Assembly (NCBI GenBank): GCA_947589025.1 | Contig: CANQAY010000007.1 | Span: 2,919-66,918, forward strand | From: an uncultured Clostridia bacterium | Lineage (GTDB): Bacteria; Bacillota; Clostridia; Christensenellales; UBA1242 | Direction: 5' to 3' | Length of the DNA stretch: 64,000 nt | Part shown: piece by piece, positions 20,316 to 31,323 of the stretch | How the letters are laid out: each line of letters opens with the position of its first letter | Position numbering within the stretch: the stretch's first letter is position 1 | The notes under the pieces: model-generated | Told to the model about the DNA's origin: nothing | Database searches by the model: none | The model's input: only the letters and a program-made list of their open reading frames with translations | Made by a program: the position numbers and the translations under genes

Positions 20316-20496
20316 ATCACTCTCTTTACAATTACTTTAATATTTTACCATATGTTAATTTAAAAAACAATTAAATTTTAACATAACAAACAAAATGTAT
20401 AAATTAAAAAAATGTAAAAAATTTAATAAAAAGTTAAAATTTTTAACAAAAAATAGCATTTTTTGCTATTTTTTTGTAAATTTTTTAAAAATTTTT

Positions 20497-21816
20497 TTAA
20501 TTTTCTCCCTTTTCTTTAAATTGAATTTTTATTGGGGTGCCTTTAAAATCAAACGCACGGCGGAGGTTGTTTTCAATATAGCGCATATATGAATTTTCAA
20601 TAAGATCGGCATGGTTGCAATAAATGTTAAAAGTTGGTGGGCAGGTTGCAATTTGTTTGCCAAAAATTATTTTAATTTTGCGCCCGCCCTTGGCTGGTGG
20701 CTCGTTCACACTTATTGCATTTGTAAGCACATTGTTAAACAGTGCCATAGGAATTTCCCGCCTGCTGTTATTATAAACCAAATCCACCATTTGCATAATT
20801 TTGCCCGTGTTTTTGCCATCTAACGCGCTAACATACAATGTAACATAATATTTCATAAAGGCAAGGTCCACTTCAAATTGATGTTCAAACGCCTTGCGTT
20901 TTTCTTCACTTTTTTCAATTAAATCCCACTTATTAACAACAATAACACTTGGCTTAAATTGTTCGTGTATCAGCCCGGCAATTTTAACATCTTGCTCGGT
21001 TATGCCCTCACTTGCGTCAATAACAAGCACGGCAACATCACATCTTTCAATTGCCGCCAAGCTACGTATTACACTATAACGCTCTATGCTATCCGGCTCT
21101 ATTTTAGATTTTCGCCTTAGCCCGGCGGTATCTATAAGCATATAATCTTTATTGTTCCATTTAAAAGGGCTATCAATTGCATCCCGCGTGGTGCCGGCAA
21201 CCGAACTTACAACCATGCGGTCTTCCCCCAACAGGCAATTGGTGAGGCTGGATTTGCCAACATTTGGCTTGCCCACCAGTGCAATTTTAACTCTGCCCTC
21301 GTCTAATGAATTGTCCACTTTGTTTAAATGCTTTACAATTTCGTCAAGTAAATCCCCCATGCCTTTGCCTTGCTCGGCAGATATGGCAATTGGATCACCT
21401 AAGCCCAGCTCATAAAATTCATAAGTTTTTTCCCGCTCATAGTTATCCAATTTATTAACAGCCACAATTTTTGGTGCCTTTGCACGGCGCAGATGGTTGG
21501 CAACTTCAATATCGTCATGTGTTAAGCCTTCGCGGCCATCCACAAACAGCACAATGACATCTGCAATTTCAATTGCCAAATTGGCTTGCTCCAAAATGCG
21601 TTTGTTAATTTCGTCATTTTTATTAAAATCTAGCCCGCCAGTATCCACAATTTGGAAATTATATCCGCACCACTCAGCGTTGGCAAAAATTCTATCCCGC
21701 GTAACACCGGGGATATCCTCAACAATGCTAATTTTACTGCCCGCCATTTTGTTAAAAAATGTGGATTTGCCAACATTTGGCTTGCCAACTATTGCAACTA
21801 TAGGAACTTTGCTCAT
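20497..21816 (-). CDS. der: Ribosome biogenesis GTPase Der (EngA)
   Basis: 439 aa with two tandem GTPase domains (GKPNVGKST twice, DTGG/DTAG) and a KH-like C-terminus. Confidence 0.95.
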   Translation of the reverse strand: MSKVPIVAIVGKPNVGKSTFFNKMAGSKISIVEDIPGVTRDRIFANAEWCGYNFQIVDTGGLDFNKNDEINKRILEQANLAIEIADVIVLFVDGREGLTHDDIEVANHLRRAKAPKIVAVNKLDNYEREKTYEFYELGLGDPIAISAEQGKGMGDLLDEIVKHLNKVDNSLDEGRVKIALVGKPNVGKSSLTNCLLGEDRMVVSSVAGTTRDAIDSPFKWNNKDYMLIDTAGLRRKSKIEPDSIERYSVIRSLAAIERCDVAVLVIDASEGITEQDVKIAGLIHEQFKPSVIVVNKWDLIEKSEEKRKAFEHQFEVDLAFMKYYVTLYVSALDGKNTGKIMQMVDLVYNNSRREIPMALFNNVLTNAISVNEPPAKGGRKIKIIFGKQIATCPPTFNIYCNHADLIENSYMRYIENNLRRAFDFKGTPIKIQFKEKGEN

Positions 21817-21956
21817 GTTTTTATTTTAACACAAAATGTTTTTATTTTCAATAAATTTTGTTAAATTTGCACAAGTTAAAAAAAATTTTGCAATTAGTAT
21901 TGACAAATTCGACATTTTTGCTAAAATATTAATTGTTATTAACTAAGGAGAATTTT

Positions 21957-22256
21957 ATGTTTGAAGAAGATTATGCAAAGTTTGAAGAAGAAATAAATTT
22001 TCTTGCACTAGAATCGGCAAAAACAAAATTTCAAGATACCTTACTTAAATACAGAGCGGGTGAAATTGATGTTGACACTTATATCCCCGAGCTTGAGGAT
22101 ATTTATGACGAATTATTAAACCTTACTTGTGTTATTGATGAAGAGAACATTCTAAACAGCCAAAAACAACAAATTAAACAATTTAAAAAAGAAATTAAAA
22201 ATTTGCGCAAAAAAGTTATTTCTTTGCTAAATGATTTTTATAACTGTGCTTTATAA
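21957..22256 (+). CDS. Hypothetical small helical protein
   Basis: The start is moved to ATG 21957, which is preceded by AAGGAG. Promoter TTGACA(21900)-16nt-TAAAAT lies upstream. Confidence 0.5.
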   Translation: MFEEDYAKFEEEINFLALESAKTKFQDTLLKYRAGEIDVDTYIPELEDIYDELLNLTCVIDEENILNSQKQQIKQFKKEIKNLRKKVISLLNDFYNCAL

Positions 22257-22265
22257 GGAGTTTAT

Positions 22266-22538
22266 ATGGGAACGATTGATTATCAATATTTTGTAAATAG
22301 TTATTATGAACTTAACAATAAATTTTTGAATTTAAAAGAGCAATTTAGATCTAACAAACTAACAAAAGAAAATTATATTATTACATTGCGCGAAATATTA
22401 AAGGATGTGGATAAATTAATTTCTTATTTCGAAATGTCCTTAAATGATGACCGCTATTTAACACTTAAATTGAAAACTTTATACTACAGCGTTCGTGATG
22501 AAATTAATGCTTATGAAAATAATTTATCGAATAACTAA
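22266..22538 (+). CDS. Hypothetical small helical protein (distant paralog of the preceding ORF?)
   Basis: 90 aa with AAGGAG RBS. Its length and heptad-like pattern resemble those of the upstream ORF. Confidence 0.5.
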   Translation: MGTIDYQYFVNSYYELNNKFLNLKEQFRSNKLTKENYIITLREILKDVDKLISYFEMSLNDDRYLTLKLKTLYYSVRDEINAYENNLSNN

Positions 22539-22539
22539 T

Positions 22540-24678
22540 TTATTTCCTACATTTATTGCAAGTTAAGCATTTTGGGTGCTTAACTTTTTTTATTATATAA
22601 ATTGTTGCCGCTAATATTATTGCCGCCAAAATTATTGTTAATATTGGATAAATTATGCCATTTGTTATGCCCTGATAGAAAATAAAGCTAATTAAATATG
22701 CAGTTGTAAGTTGGCTTATTATGGCAAACCACATATAAAAACTTCCCACTTCCCTTTTTAACACTGCCAAATTGGAAATGCACGGGCAATATAAAAGCGT
22801 AAACACCAAAAACGAAACGGCGCTTGCCACATTAAAGTGCACCACGCTTGTTAGCGAAGTTAGGCTAAAAATTAATGCCGATGTGCCAACAACATTGTTT
22901 GTTATTGACATTGTGGAAACAATTAATTCTTTTGCCATAATGCCTACAATAAGTGCGGTTACAACCCCAGCAGAATTTAGCCCAATTGGTGCAAAAATAA
23001 AGGCTAGTTTATCGGCAATTAAAAACATTATGCTTTCAGTTACAATATCGGTATAAGCAAAGCCAAACGTTGTGTGCGTAAGCACCCAAACAATTATGCC
23101 AACCGAAAGCACCACCCCAAACACGCGGCGGGTGAAATCTATTGCATTTTGTTTTGCAACCTTATAAATGTGGGCAAAATCAACACCCCGCAAGGCAGGA
23201 AATTCAAGCAGCAAATTGTTTGTTTTGTTTTTTAAAATTGTTTTGTTTAAAATTAACGCCATAACAAGTGCAACGGCAAGCCCCAAAAGGTAAAGCCCCA
23301 CCACAACAAAATATGCCTTTGCGCCAAAGAACGCGGAAGCAACAATAACATAAACCGGCAGCCTTGCCATGCAACTGATGTATGGGTTAATTAACGCAGT
23401 TTTTATTTTTAAATTTTTGTTATCTGCATTGCGGGATGCGGTAGTTGACATTGTGTTGCACCCTAACCCCATCAAAATGATGTAAACCGATTTGCCGTTA
23501 AGCCCAAAAAGCGATAAAAAATCATCCATAATAAAACTAAGGCGTGAAATAAGGCCGCTATCTTCCAACAAGGTTAAAAACACAAACAGCAAACACACTT
23601 GTGGCAAAAATGTAAGCACAGTTGTAATTGAACTAAAAACTCCATTGTTTATAAATTCTATAACCCACACATTGCTGGTTATTAAATAAATTAAATTTAT
23701 TATTGGCGTAAAAAGTAAGTGTTCAATTAACAAGTTTAAAACGCTGCTAATTGCCGGCCCAAGCAAGAAAAATATTAAATAAACCGATGCAAAAAAGAAC
23801 AACAAAAACAATGGCAACATCACAATTGGTTTTAATAAAAATTTATCTAATTTGCTTGCACCATAAACATAATTATTTTTTGTTTTAATTGCACAATTTA
23901 AAACTGAATCGATATAATCATATCTTGCCTTTACAATTTGCGGATTTAATGATTTTATAAACTCTATTTCTTCATCCTTTAGTGATGTGTAAATGCCGTT
24001 AAAAGCTTTTATTATTTTATCTTCAGTTAAATTAAATTTGCTTTTAACCGCGTTAATAAATGGTTGAAGATAATTTATATTTGCCTCTTCAAAATTAGTA
24101 AAAATTTTATTTTTTGCATTAAAATCGTTAAAATTTGTCAAATTTTTTTCACTTTTTGCTGCATTTTTGTCTGTTTCAAAAAATTTTTTATCATTTGTGT
24201 TTGTCTGCTCTTCTTTCTCTAAATTTATTAACTCGGGTGTTAGTTTAATTTTTTTTGCGTTTATAATTTTTGTTTCCATCCCAAAATTAAATTTATTTAA
24301 ATCTATCCTGTTGCCGTGCTTTACAAAATAATCGTAATTATTTATTAACAACTTAAATCTTAAATTTAACTCTTTCATTTGCACTGCCAAATACAAATTC
24401 CTTCTTAAACTATTGGCGTCCACCAAAAGCAGCCTTGTCCCATCGGTGTTTAAAATTATGTTTTTGCTAACTTCTTCTTCAAAAGAAAAACAATTCATAG
24501 AATAAAGACCGGGTGTATCTATGAATTCTATTTTTGCATTTTTATAAGTTATAATTTTTCGTTTTTCTTCCACCGTTACGCCATGAAAATTGCCCGTATG
24601 TTCGTTAGATTTTGTTAGGCTGTTGAACAGTGTGGATTTACCCACATTGGGGTTGCCAATTATTAAAACTTTAAACAT
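22540..24678 (-). CDS. feoB: Ferrous iron transporter FeoB
   Basis: 712 aa with an N-terminal G domain (GNPNVGKSTLFN), a polytopic C-terminal permease and a Cys-rich tail. Confidence 0.9.
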   Translation of the reverse strand: MFKVLIIGNPNVGKSTLFNSLTKSNEHTGNFHGVTVEEKRKIITYKNAKIEFIDTPGLYSMNCFSFEEEVSKNIILNTDGTRLLLVDANSLRRNLYLAVQMKELNLRFKLLINNYDYFVKHGNRIDLNKFNFGMETKIINAKKIKLTPELINLEKEEQTNTNDKKFFETDKNAAKSEKNLTNFNDFNAKNKIFTNFEEANINYLQPFINAVKSKFNLTEDKIIKAFNGIYTSLKDEEIEFIKSLNPQIVKARYDYIDSVLNCAIKTKNNYVYGASKLDKFLLKPIVMLPLFLLFFFASVYLIFFLLGPAISSVLNLLIEHLLFTPIINLIYLITSNVWVIEFINNGVFSSITTVLTFLPQVCLLFVFLTLLEDSGLISRLSFIMDDFLSLFGLNGKSVYIILMGLGCNTMSTTASRNADNKNLKIKTALINPYISCMARLPVYVIVASAFFGAKAYFVVVGLYLLGLAVALVMALILNKTILKNKTNNLLLEFPALRGVDFAHIYKVAKQNAIDFTRRVFGVVLSVGIIVWVLTHTTFGFAYTDIVTESIMFLIADKLAFIFAPIGLNSAGVVTALIVGIMAKELIVSTMSITNNVVGTSALIFSLTSLTSVVHFNVASAVSFLVFTLLYCPCISNLAVLKREVGSFYMWFAIISQLTTAYLISFIFYQGITNGIIYPILTIILAAIILAATIYIIKKVKHPKCLTCNKCRK

Positions 24679-24898
24679 AATTTACCATTATTGATTTTGC
24701 AATCTCATCCTTTATTGTAAAGCAGGTTGAATTAAAAAACACAAGCAAAGTTTTTTTAAAACTGCTTTTGTTTTTAACAATTATTTTGCAGCCCTCAATT
24801 ATGCCCAATTCCATTAACCTAAGGGTTGTTTTTTCATCTGTTGATGCTATGTTTTTAACCACGCATTCGGTGTTAAGTTTAACATCAATTAAGCTCAT
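24671..24898 (-). CDS. feoA: FeoA family iron transport protein
   Basis: 75-aa SH3-like FeoA pattern (..LMELGIIEGCKIIV..). It overlaps the feoB start. Confidence 0.75.
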   Translation of the reverse strand: MSLIDVKLNTECVVKNIASTDEKTTLRLMELGIIEGCKIIVKNKSSFKKTLLVFFNSTCFTIKDEIAKSIMVNYV

Positions 24899-24962
24899 AA
24901 ATTAATTTATTATTTTAATGTTTGTTTTATGCCAAGTGCCAAATAAAAAAGGCCATGTGGCC

Positions 24963-25853
24963 CTATTTTGTTATAAAAGTTATTTGACTGTTTACTGTTA
25001 AATCTTTCTTTAAAAAATTTATTTTTTCACCATCCATTGTAAACGGTGCGTTAGAGTGATTTTCTATTGTGACATTCCCCACATCGCGCACAATAACATT
25101 TTTGCTTTTTCTTATAGATTTAACACCAAAGAAAAACAGTTTAAAGAAGTTTACAAACCCGCCTATGCCCTTAGTTTTTTTAATTAAAACCATTTTTGCT
25201 TTGTTGTTGGATAAATTTTCACCTTTATTAACATTAAAACCGCCAGCATATTCACCATTTAGCAACATAAAATAGATAAATGAGCCATGAAAACGCTCAC
25301 CGTCCGCCGTTATGCTAATTGGCAAAGATTTAAATTTAAAAACATATTTTAGTGAATTTAAAAAGTAGGCAAACCTGCCAAATTTGCGTTTTGCATTGTT
25401 GCTGGCGGAAAAGGTGGATTTTGTTAAATAGCCAGTTGCAAGTGCGTAAATAATGTAATTATTGCCATCATAAATTAAATCATAAGTTGTGGTGTTTAGC
25501 CTTAAAATGCAATCTATTGCCTTATCCAACTCAGTTGGAATTTTAAGCGTGCTGGCAACATCGTTACAAGTGCCAAACGGCAAAACGCCAATTAGCGGAT
25601 TGTGCCCATTTTTAAGCACCCCGTTAATAACTTGGTGCAAAGTGCCATCTCCCCCACAGGAAATTACAATATCATATTTGCCGGCGTGTTTAATTGCCAA
25701 GTTTAGCGCGCCATCGGTTTTGGGACTGGTCATACAATCCACAACCTCATAACGCAAAAGCAAGCGCTGTTTAATTTGTGGCAAAAACTCGTCAATTTTG
25801 CCTTTAATAGCGTTTGGATTATATATAATTAAAATAGATGAATAATTTTTCAC
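24963..25853 (-). CDS. Diacylglycerol/lipid kinase family protein (YegS/DagK-like)
   Basis: 296 aa with the ISCGGDGTLHQVINGV motif. Confidence 0.8.
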   Translation of the reverse strand: MKNYSSILIIYNPNAIKGKIDEFLPQIKQRLLLRYEVVDCMTSPKTDGALNLAIKHAGKYDIVISCGGDGTLHQVINGVLKNGHNPLIGVLPFGTCNDVASTLKIPTELDKAIDCILRLNTTTYDLIYDGNNYIIYALATGYLTKSTFSASNNAKRKFGRFAYFLNSLKYVFKFKSLPISITADGERFHGSFIYFMLLNGEYAGGFNVNKGENLSNNKAKMVLIKKTKGIGGFVNFFKLFFFGVKSIRKSKNVIVRDVGNVTIENHSNAPFTMDGEKINFLKKDLTVNSQITFITK

Positions 25854-27053
25854 TTACGCTTTTTGCCTTCTTAAAATTTCATACTTTTTTAGCGGTGCTT
25901 TTGTGTAAATATAAACTTGCTGCTTTGGAATTTTGCATTCAGTTAGTTCGTTGCCATCCAAATCTTCAATTTTATTAATAGTAATTATAGCATTATTTTT
26001 GGTTTTAGACAACAATTCAAGCGGACAATTTACTGCAAAACGGTTGCGCATTTCAACTTTTGCCCTGCCTTTATTAGCATCTTCCACAACAATAGCCACA
26101 AAATCGTAACTAGCCTGTGGCAAGCTGCTATCTAAACTCTGCTTTGGCTCACCAAAATAAAATCCGCAAGAATAATCGCGGTGGCTGGATTTATAAATTT
26201 CACCCCGAATTTTTTCCGGCAAATGATAGGTTTTGTGCGTGACCAAATAATTGAGTGCCTGCCTATACGCATTTGTTATGTTTGCAACATAATATTCGGT
26301 TTTCATTCTGCCTTCAATTTTAATTGAACTAACGCCTGCATCACGGAGTTTATCCAAATAATCTATCATGCACATATCCTTGCTGTTCAAAATATATGTG
26401 CCGTGGCTATCCTCTTCAATTGGATATTCCTGCTGCTTATTAACTTCCCTTATTGCATAATTCCACCTGCAAGCCTGCACGCACGCGCCGCGGTTGGCAT
26501 CCCGCCCGGTGAAAAAGTTGCTAAGCAAACATCTGCCCGAATAACTTATGCACATTGCACCATGGCAAAAGGCCTCCAACTCTATATTGGCAGGGATTTT
26601 TTTGCGAAGTTCTTTAATTTCATTTAAAGTCATTTCTCGTGCCAAAATAAGCCTTGTTGCGCCCAAGTTAATAAACACTTTTGCGCTTTCGCTATTGGTT
26701 ATATTGGCCTGAGTGCTTACATGAATTGGCATTTTGGGTGCCACGCGTTTTACAATTGAAATTACGCCCAAATCTGCCACAATAACGGCGTCAACCTTAA
26801 TTTTTTTAAGGTATTTTATATATTCTGGCAAATCAGCTAAATCACTTTCGTGCGGAATTATATTTACTGTTACATAAACCTTAACATTGTGCGCGTGGGC
26901 ATAATCCACCGCCCATTTTAGGCCGTCTAAATCAAAATTTCCGGCAAAAGTGCGCAAGCCAAAACGGGTGGACGCCAAATAAACTGCGTCCGCCCCATAC
27001 TCTATTGCCATAATTAATTTATCTCTATCCCCAGCGGGTGAAAGTAGTTCCAT
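25854..27053 (-). CDS. Peptidase U32 family protein (TrhP/YrrN-YrrO-like)
   Basis: 399 aa. MELLSPAGD..AVYLA.. N-terminus and a Cys-rich core are typical of U32. Confidence 0.85.
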   Translation of the reverse strand: MELLSPAGDRDKLIMAIEYGADAVYLASTRFGLRTFAGNFDLDGLKWAVDYAHAHNVKVYVTVNIIPHESDLADLPEYIKYLKKIKVDAVIVADLGVISIVKRVAPKMPIHVSTQANITNSESAKVFINLGATRLILAREMTLNEIKELRKKIPANIELEAFCHGAMCISYSGRCLLSNFFTGRDANRGACVQACRWNYAIREVNKQQEYPIEEDSHGTYILNSKDMCMIDYLDKLRDAGVSSIKIEGRMKTEYYVANITNAYRQALNYLVTHKTYHLPEKIRGEIYKSSHRDYSCGFYFGEPKQSLDSSLPQASYDFVAIVVEDANKGRAKVEMRNRFAVNCPLELLSKTKNNAIITINKIEDLDGNELTECKIPKQQVYIYTKAPLKKYEILRRQKA

Positions 27054-27161
27054 ATATTTTATTTTAACACAATTTCATTTATTTTTCAACTGATTTGTTA
27101 AAATTGGTTTTAACAGAATTAAAGTTACAACCTTCGCATTAAAAAAGCAGTTTTCTGCCTT

Positions 27162-27794
27162 TTATTTTTTTATTGAATAGCCTAAGCCATCGCCTATGTC
27201 TAAAATTTGGGTGGTGAGTGCCGAATGCGTAGAAATTGCCGCAATGTAATTTTTTAGGCCCTTTATCATGGCGCGGCAACCTTTTGAAATTGGAATTTTG
27301 CCGGTTACCATGCCGTGAAAATATAAATTATCCGCCACCAAAACGCCGCCGCTTTTTAAAATGTTAATTAGATATGGCAAATAGTTTATATACTGCCCTT
27401 TTGGTCCATCAAGGTAAATAAAATCGTAAGTTTTATTTGTGGTTTTTAAAAATTCCATAGCATCAATTAAATGCAGGGTAATTTTTTTGTTTAGTTTATG
27501 CTTTTTTACGTTACATTCAGCAACAATAAATCTATCCTCATCAATTTCCAATGTGTCAATATGCGCGCAGCAAGTGTTTTCAGCTATGGTTATGGCAGAA
27601 TAGCCTATTGCCGTGCCTATTTCTAAAATTTCTTTAGCGTTTGTTTCGTTAATTTTGTTGCAAACAAAAGATAAAGTGTCATCCAAACTGATTGGCACTT
27701 TATTTTCTATTCCGCTGTGCTTTATATTTTCATCAATTGTCATATAAGGTTGAGATACACTCCACTCACAATGCTTGCTCGGTCGATATGGCAT
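27162..27794 (-). CDS. Class I SAM-dependent O-methyltransferase (YrrM/TrmR-like)
   Basis: 210 aa. ILEIGTAIGYSAI..IYLDGPKGQY..GGVLVADN is the cation-dependent O-MTase pattern. The exact start is uncertain (no strong RBS). Confidence 0.7.
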   Translation of the reverse strand: MPYRPSKHCEWSVSQPYMTIDENIKHSGIENKVPISLDDTLSFVCNKINETNAKEILEIGTAIGYSAITIAENTCCAHIDTLEIDEDRFIVAECNVKKHKLNKKITLHLIDAMEFLKTTNKTYDFIYLDGPKGQYINYLPYLINILKSGGVLVADNLYFHGMVTGKIPISKGCRAMIKGLKNYIAAISTHSALTTQILDIGDGLGYSIKK

Positions 27795-27825
27795 TGCAAT
27801 ATGTGAGGTTATAATGCATTTATTA

Positions 27826-27850
27826 TTGAGATTGCCACGAGAAAATTTAA
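27826..27850. repeat. Partial REP-like element (copy 3, degenerate)
   Basis: ttgagattgccacgagaaaattt matches the 5' arm of the 5514 and 7781 copies. Confidence 0.35.
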
Positions 27851-27868
27851 AACTTTCCCTTTTGGGCT

Positions 27869-29686
27869 CTAATCATTACTTTCAATAATAATTGGCACAA
27901 TCATTGGTTTGCGTTTTAGTTTTTTGTTTAGGTAGTTTGTTAAGGCCTTTCTTAACCCAACTTTAACAGACAAATAATCACGCGCGCGCAAATTTTCTTG
28001 ATCTATGCTATTTTCTATTGTAGTTTTGGCATCTTCAAGCCATGTTTGCGCCTCGCCGGTGTAAGTGAATCCGCGGGAGACAATTTCTGGCCTTGAATTT
28101 AACTCCCCACGCGCGGTGTTAACATTTAATATTACAATGCAAAGGCCATCTTCACTAAGTTGTTTTCTTTCCCTTAGCACGTTACTTTCCATTTCTCCAA
28201 TGCCGGCGCCGTCAATAAGCCTGCTGCCAAATGGAACGGTGCCCGTTGCCTTTAAAAAGTTTTTGTTAACTTCAAGTTTCATGCCCAACATAGGAAGCAA
28301 AATGTTGTGCCTATCCATGCCAACGGCAATGGCGCTTTCGCGCTGGGCAAGCAAGTGTTTTTGTTCCCCATGCACAGGCACAAAGAATTTTGGCTTAACA
28401 AGGTTTAGCATAATTTTTTGTTCTTCCTTACAAGCGTGGCCGGAAGCATGCACTTGTTCAAGTTGATTATATATAACTTTTGCGCCAAGCATAATAAGTT
28501 TGTTTATTGTGTTGCTAACGCTCTTTTCATTGCCCGGAATTGGCGAACTGGAAAATATAACGGTGTCATTTTCGCCAATTTCAATGCCTTTAAATTCATT
28601 ATTAGCCATGCGGGAAAGTGCGCTGTGAGGCTCACCCTGACTGCCCGTGGAGAGGATTAAAAGCTCACCATCCTTATAATTTTTCATTTTTTCAACTTCA
28701 ATAATGTTGTCTTTATTAATTTTCATTTCGCCAATTTGGGTGGCAACATCGGTTACGTTAATCATGCTTCTGCCCGTTAAAACAACTTTACGCCCAAACT
28801 TTTCTGCCAAATTCATAACTTCTTGCAATCTATCCACATTAGAGGCAAAGGCAGCAACAATAATACGGTGCTCTTTGTTTTCAACAAACAATTTTTCTAG
28901 TGTTTCGCCAACCACTCTTTCGCTTAGCGAAAACCCTTCACGCTCGGCGTTGGTGCTGTCACTCATATACAGTAAAACGCCCTCTTCCCCCAAGCGGGCA
29001 AAAGAGGCAAAATCAAATGGCTCGTCGTAAATTGGGGTTAGGTCAATTTTATAATCCCCAGTGTGAACAACCATGCCAACAGGCGTTTTAATTGCAAGCG
29101 CAAAAGCCCCCGGAATTGCGTGGTTAATATGAATAAATTCAATTTCAAAGCAGCCCAGCGTTATTTTTTGTTTTGGCTTTACGGCAATGGTTTTATATTC
29201 CACCTTTTTGTGCTCTTCCATTTTTTTCTTAATAAGGCCGCAAGTCATTTTGCTGGCGTAAATTGGCGCTTTAATTTCATTTACAACATAAGGTATGCTG
29301 CCAATATGATCCTCATGGCCGTGGGTTATTAAAAAGCCGCGCACTTTATCCTTATTTTCTACAAGATAAGTTATATCTGGCACAACAAGGTCTATGCCCA
29401 ACATATCCACGGTTGGAAACATAACACCACAGTCAATAACAATGATGTCGTTGCCATATTCCAAAACTGTCATATTTTTGCCAATTTCCCCAATACCGCC
29501 CAAAAACATAACTTTTAAATTTGCAATGCGCTTTTTTCTGTTTTCAGTTTCAACATGCGGCTGAGCATCTTCCTTTTCGCCTTTAGCATGCTGTTTTGCA
29601 TTTAAAACGGGTTTTTGAGGGTTAAAATCCGCATTATTTATAATGGTGGAATCAAACTCCTCACTTGTCATTAAATTGTCTATCAT
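27869..29686 (-). CDS. rnj: Ribonuclease J
   Basis: FLGGIGEIGKNMTV..ITHGHEDHIG.. is a beta-CASP metallo-beta-lactamase. The start is moved to MIDNLM (ATG 29686), which is preceded by AAGGAGA. Confidence 0.9.
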   Translation of the reverse strand: MIDNLMTSEEFDSTIINNADFNPQKPVLNAKQHAKGEKEDAQPHVETENRKKRIANLKVMFLGGIGEIGKNMTVLEYGNDIIVIDCGVMFPTVDMLGIDLVVPDITYLVENKDKVRGFLITHGHEDHIGSIPYVVNEIKAPIYASKMTCGLIKKKMEEHKKVEYKTIAVKPKQKITLGCFEIEFIHINHAIPGAFALAIKTPVGMVVHTGDYKIDLTPIYDEPFDFASFARLGEEGVLLYMSDSTNAEREGFSLSERVVGETLEKLFVENKEHRIIVAAFASNVDRLQEVMNLAEKFGRKVVLTGRSMINVTDVATQIGEMKINKDNIIEVEKMKNYKDGELLILSTGSQGEPHSALSRMANNEFKGIEIGENDTVIFSSSPIPGNEKSVSNTINKLIMLGAKVIYNQLEQVHASGHACKEEQKIMLNLVKPKFFVPVHGEQKHLLAQRESAIAVGMDRHNILLPMLGMKLEVNKNFLKATGTVPFGSRLIDGAGIGEMESNVLRERKQLSEDGLCIVILNVNTARGELNSRPEIVSRGFTYTGEAQTWLEDAKTTIENSIDQENLRARDYLSVKVGLRKALTNYLNKKLKRKPMIVPIIIESND

Positions 29687-29946
29687 AATTCTCCTTTTAA
29701 ATTTTAACACACAAAAAGAGATATTTATCCACTTAAAAAACAAAAGTGAACATCCCCTTATTGATTGCAAAGTTGAACTTTACAATGTTAAAAAAACTAA
29801 ATTCTTAATGTTATTATATCATAAATATTAAATTTGTCAAGCAATATAACCCACATTTTTAAACAAATTATTTTTAATTTTAAAGCATAAAAAACGGCAA
29901 AAAACACTAAAAATTTACAAAAAAATTAAAATTTTGCAATTTTTTA

Positions 29947-31239
29947 TTAATTTTTAAAATTAAACATGTTGTTTAACTCTTTTAACGATGGCAGTGTTTG
30001 TTTATCAAACTCACCATACAAGCTTAAACTTACATGGCTGTTTTTAAATATTTCATTAAAGGTAGCGTTGCACTCTTCAACTGTCATTTTAAGTTTTGCC
30101 TTTTTAAATTTTTTGTTATCTAAAATTTTGCCTTCCCACCTATATTCATAAAGTCTGTTTATTAAGGCACTAACGGATGGGTTTTTTATTAACATGCCGT
30201 GTTTAAAACTGCGCTTCACTTTTTTTAATTGTTCTTCAGTAAAGCCATCTTGTAATGTTGCTTTAACATAATCTGCAAGTGTTGTAATAATATCATTAAT
30301 ATTTTCTTTTTCGCACTCGCAGTTAAGTGATAGCATAGAATTATTTTCATATCTGCCATATGAAAAATAGGCACCATAAACCAAACTTTTTTGTGTGCGC
30401 AAAATTTTAGCAAAACCCAATGCACTGTCGTTAATAATTGCACGCATAACATCGCATTTAATTAAAAAATCATAATCAAAAATATTTTTAGGGAAACAAA
30501 AATTGATTGTTAAATAACATTTATTAATTTTTTCTGGTTTTGTTTTTATAAAGTTGTTATTTTTAACATCATAAAAGTTAACTTTTAATTCTGGCAAATT
30601 TTTGTTAATGGCAAGCTTGTTAGATAAACTTTCGTTAACAATTTTTTTAACTTTATTTATGTTTAATGGTGAAGAAACATAAATTTCTAAATTATTTGCA
30701 ACAAAATAAGTTTTAACAAACTGCTTTATATCTTTACTGCCAATTTTGGCTATGCTTGCCTTGCTGCCCGTTACTGTTACACGCTCTTTAAATGCGGGCA
30801 ATTCAAACACATTATATGTGTTAATGTTATAAGCAATGTCGGCATGCTTGTCATAATATTCTGCAATTTCCTGATTAATAACTTTGCGCTCTTTTTCAAC
30901 GGCCTCTTCAGTAAAAGTGCTTTCGTTTATCATCATGCAAACGGTGTTTAAATAGTCTTTAAGCTCGTTTGTAAAAAGTTGGGCGGTAAAAGCAATTTCC
31001 CTTAAACTTGTGTAGGCATTAGATTTTATAAATGAGCGATATTTAGCCCACATTTCCGTTTTGTTTAAATTTTTTGTGCCGGTAAAAAACATATGCTCAC
31101 AAAAATGGGCAAGGCCGGGAATTGTATCACACCTAGCGCCGCAATTAAAAAGCACATCTATCATTGTAGATTTATTTATGTTGTTTTTAACATAAAACAA
31201 TTTTCCGCCATTGTTAAGTTTTGCAAATTTATATTTCAT
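29947..31239 (-). CDS. M16 (insulinase/pitrilysin) family zinc peptidase
   Basis: 430 aa with the inverted zinc motif HFCEH (HxxEH). Confidence 0.75.
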   Translation of the reverse strand: MKYKFAKLNNGGKLFYVKNNINKSTMIDVLFNCGARCDTIPGLAHFCEHMFFTGTKNLNKTEMWAKYRSFIKSNAYTSLREIAFTAQLFTNELKDYLNTVCMMINESTFTEEAVEKERKVINQEIAEYYDKHADIAYNINTYNVFELPAFKERVTVTGSKASIAKIGSKDIKQFVKTYFVANNLEIYVSSPLNINKVKKIVNESLSNKLAINKNLPELKVNFYDVKNNNFIKTKPEKINKCYLTINFCFPKNIFDYDFLIKCDVMRAIINDSALGFAKILRTQKSLVYGAYFSYGRYENNSMLSLNCECEKENINDIITTLADYVKATLQDGFTEEQLKKVKRSFKHGMLIKNPSVSALINRLYEYRWEGKILDNKKFKKAKLKMTVEECNATFNEIFKNSHVSLSLYGEFDKQTLPSLKELNNMFNFKN

Positions 31240-31323
31240 AGTTAAAAGTTAACACTTTTATTTGTTATAGTCAAGTTAAAATTATATTAATTTATCATTT
31301 TACAAAATACGCCCTTTTTAAAG

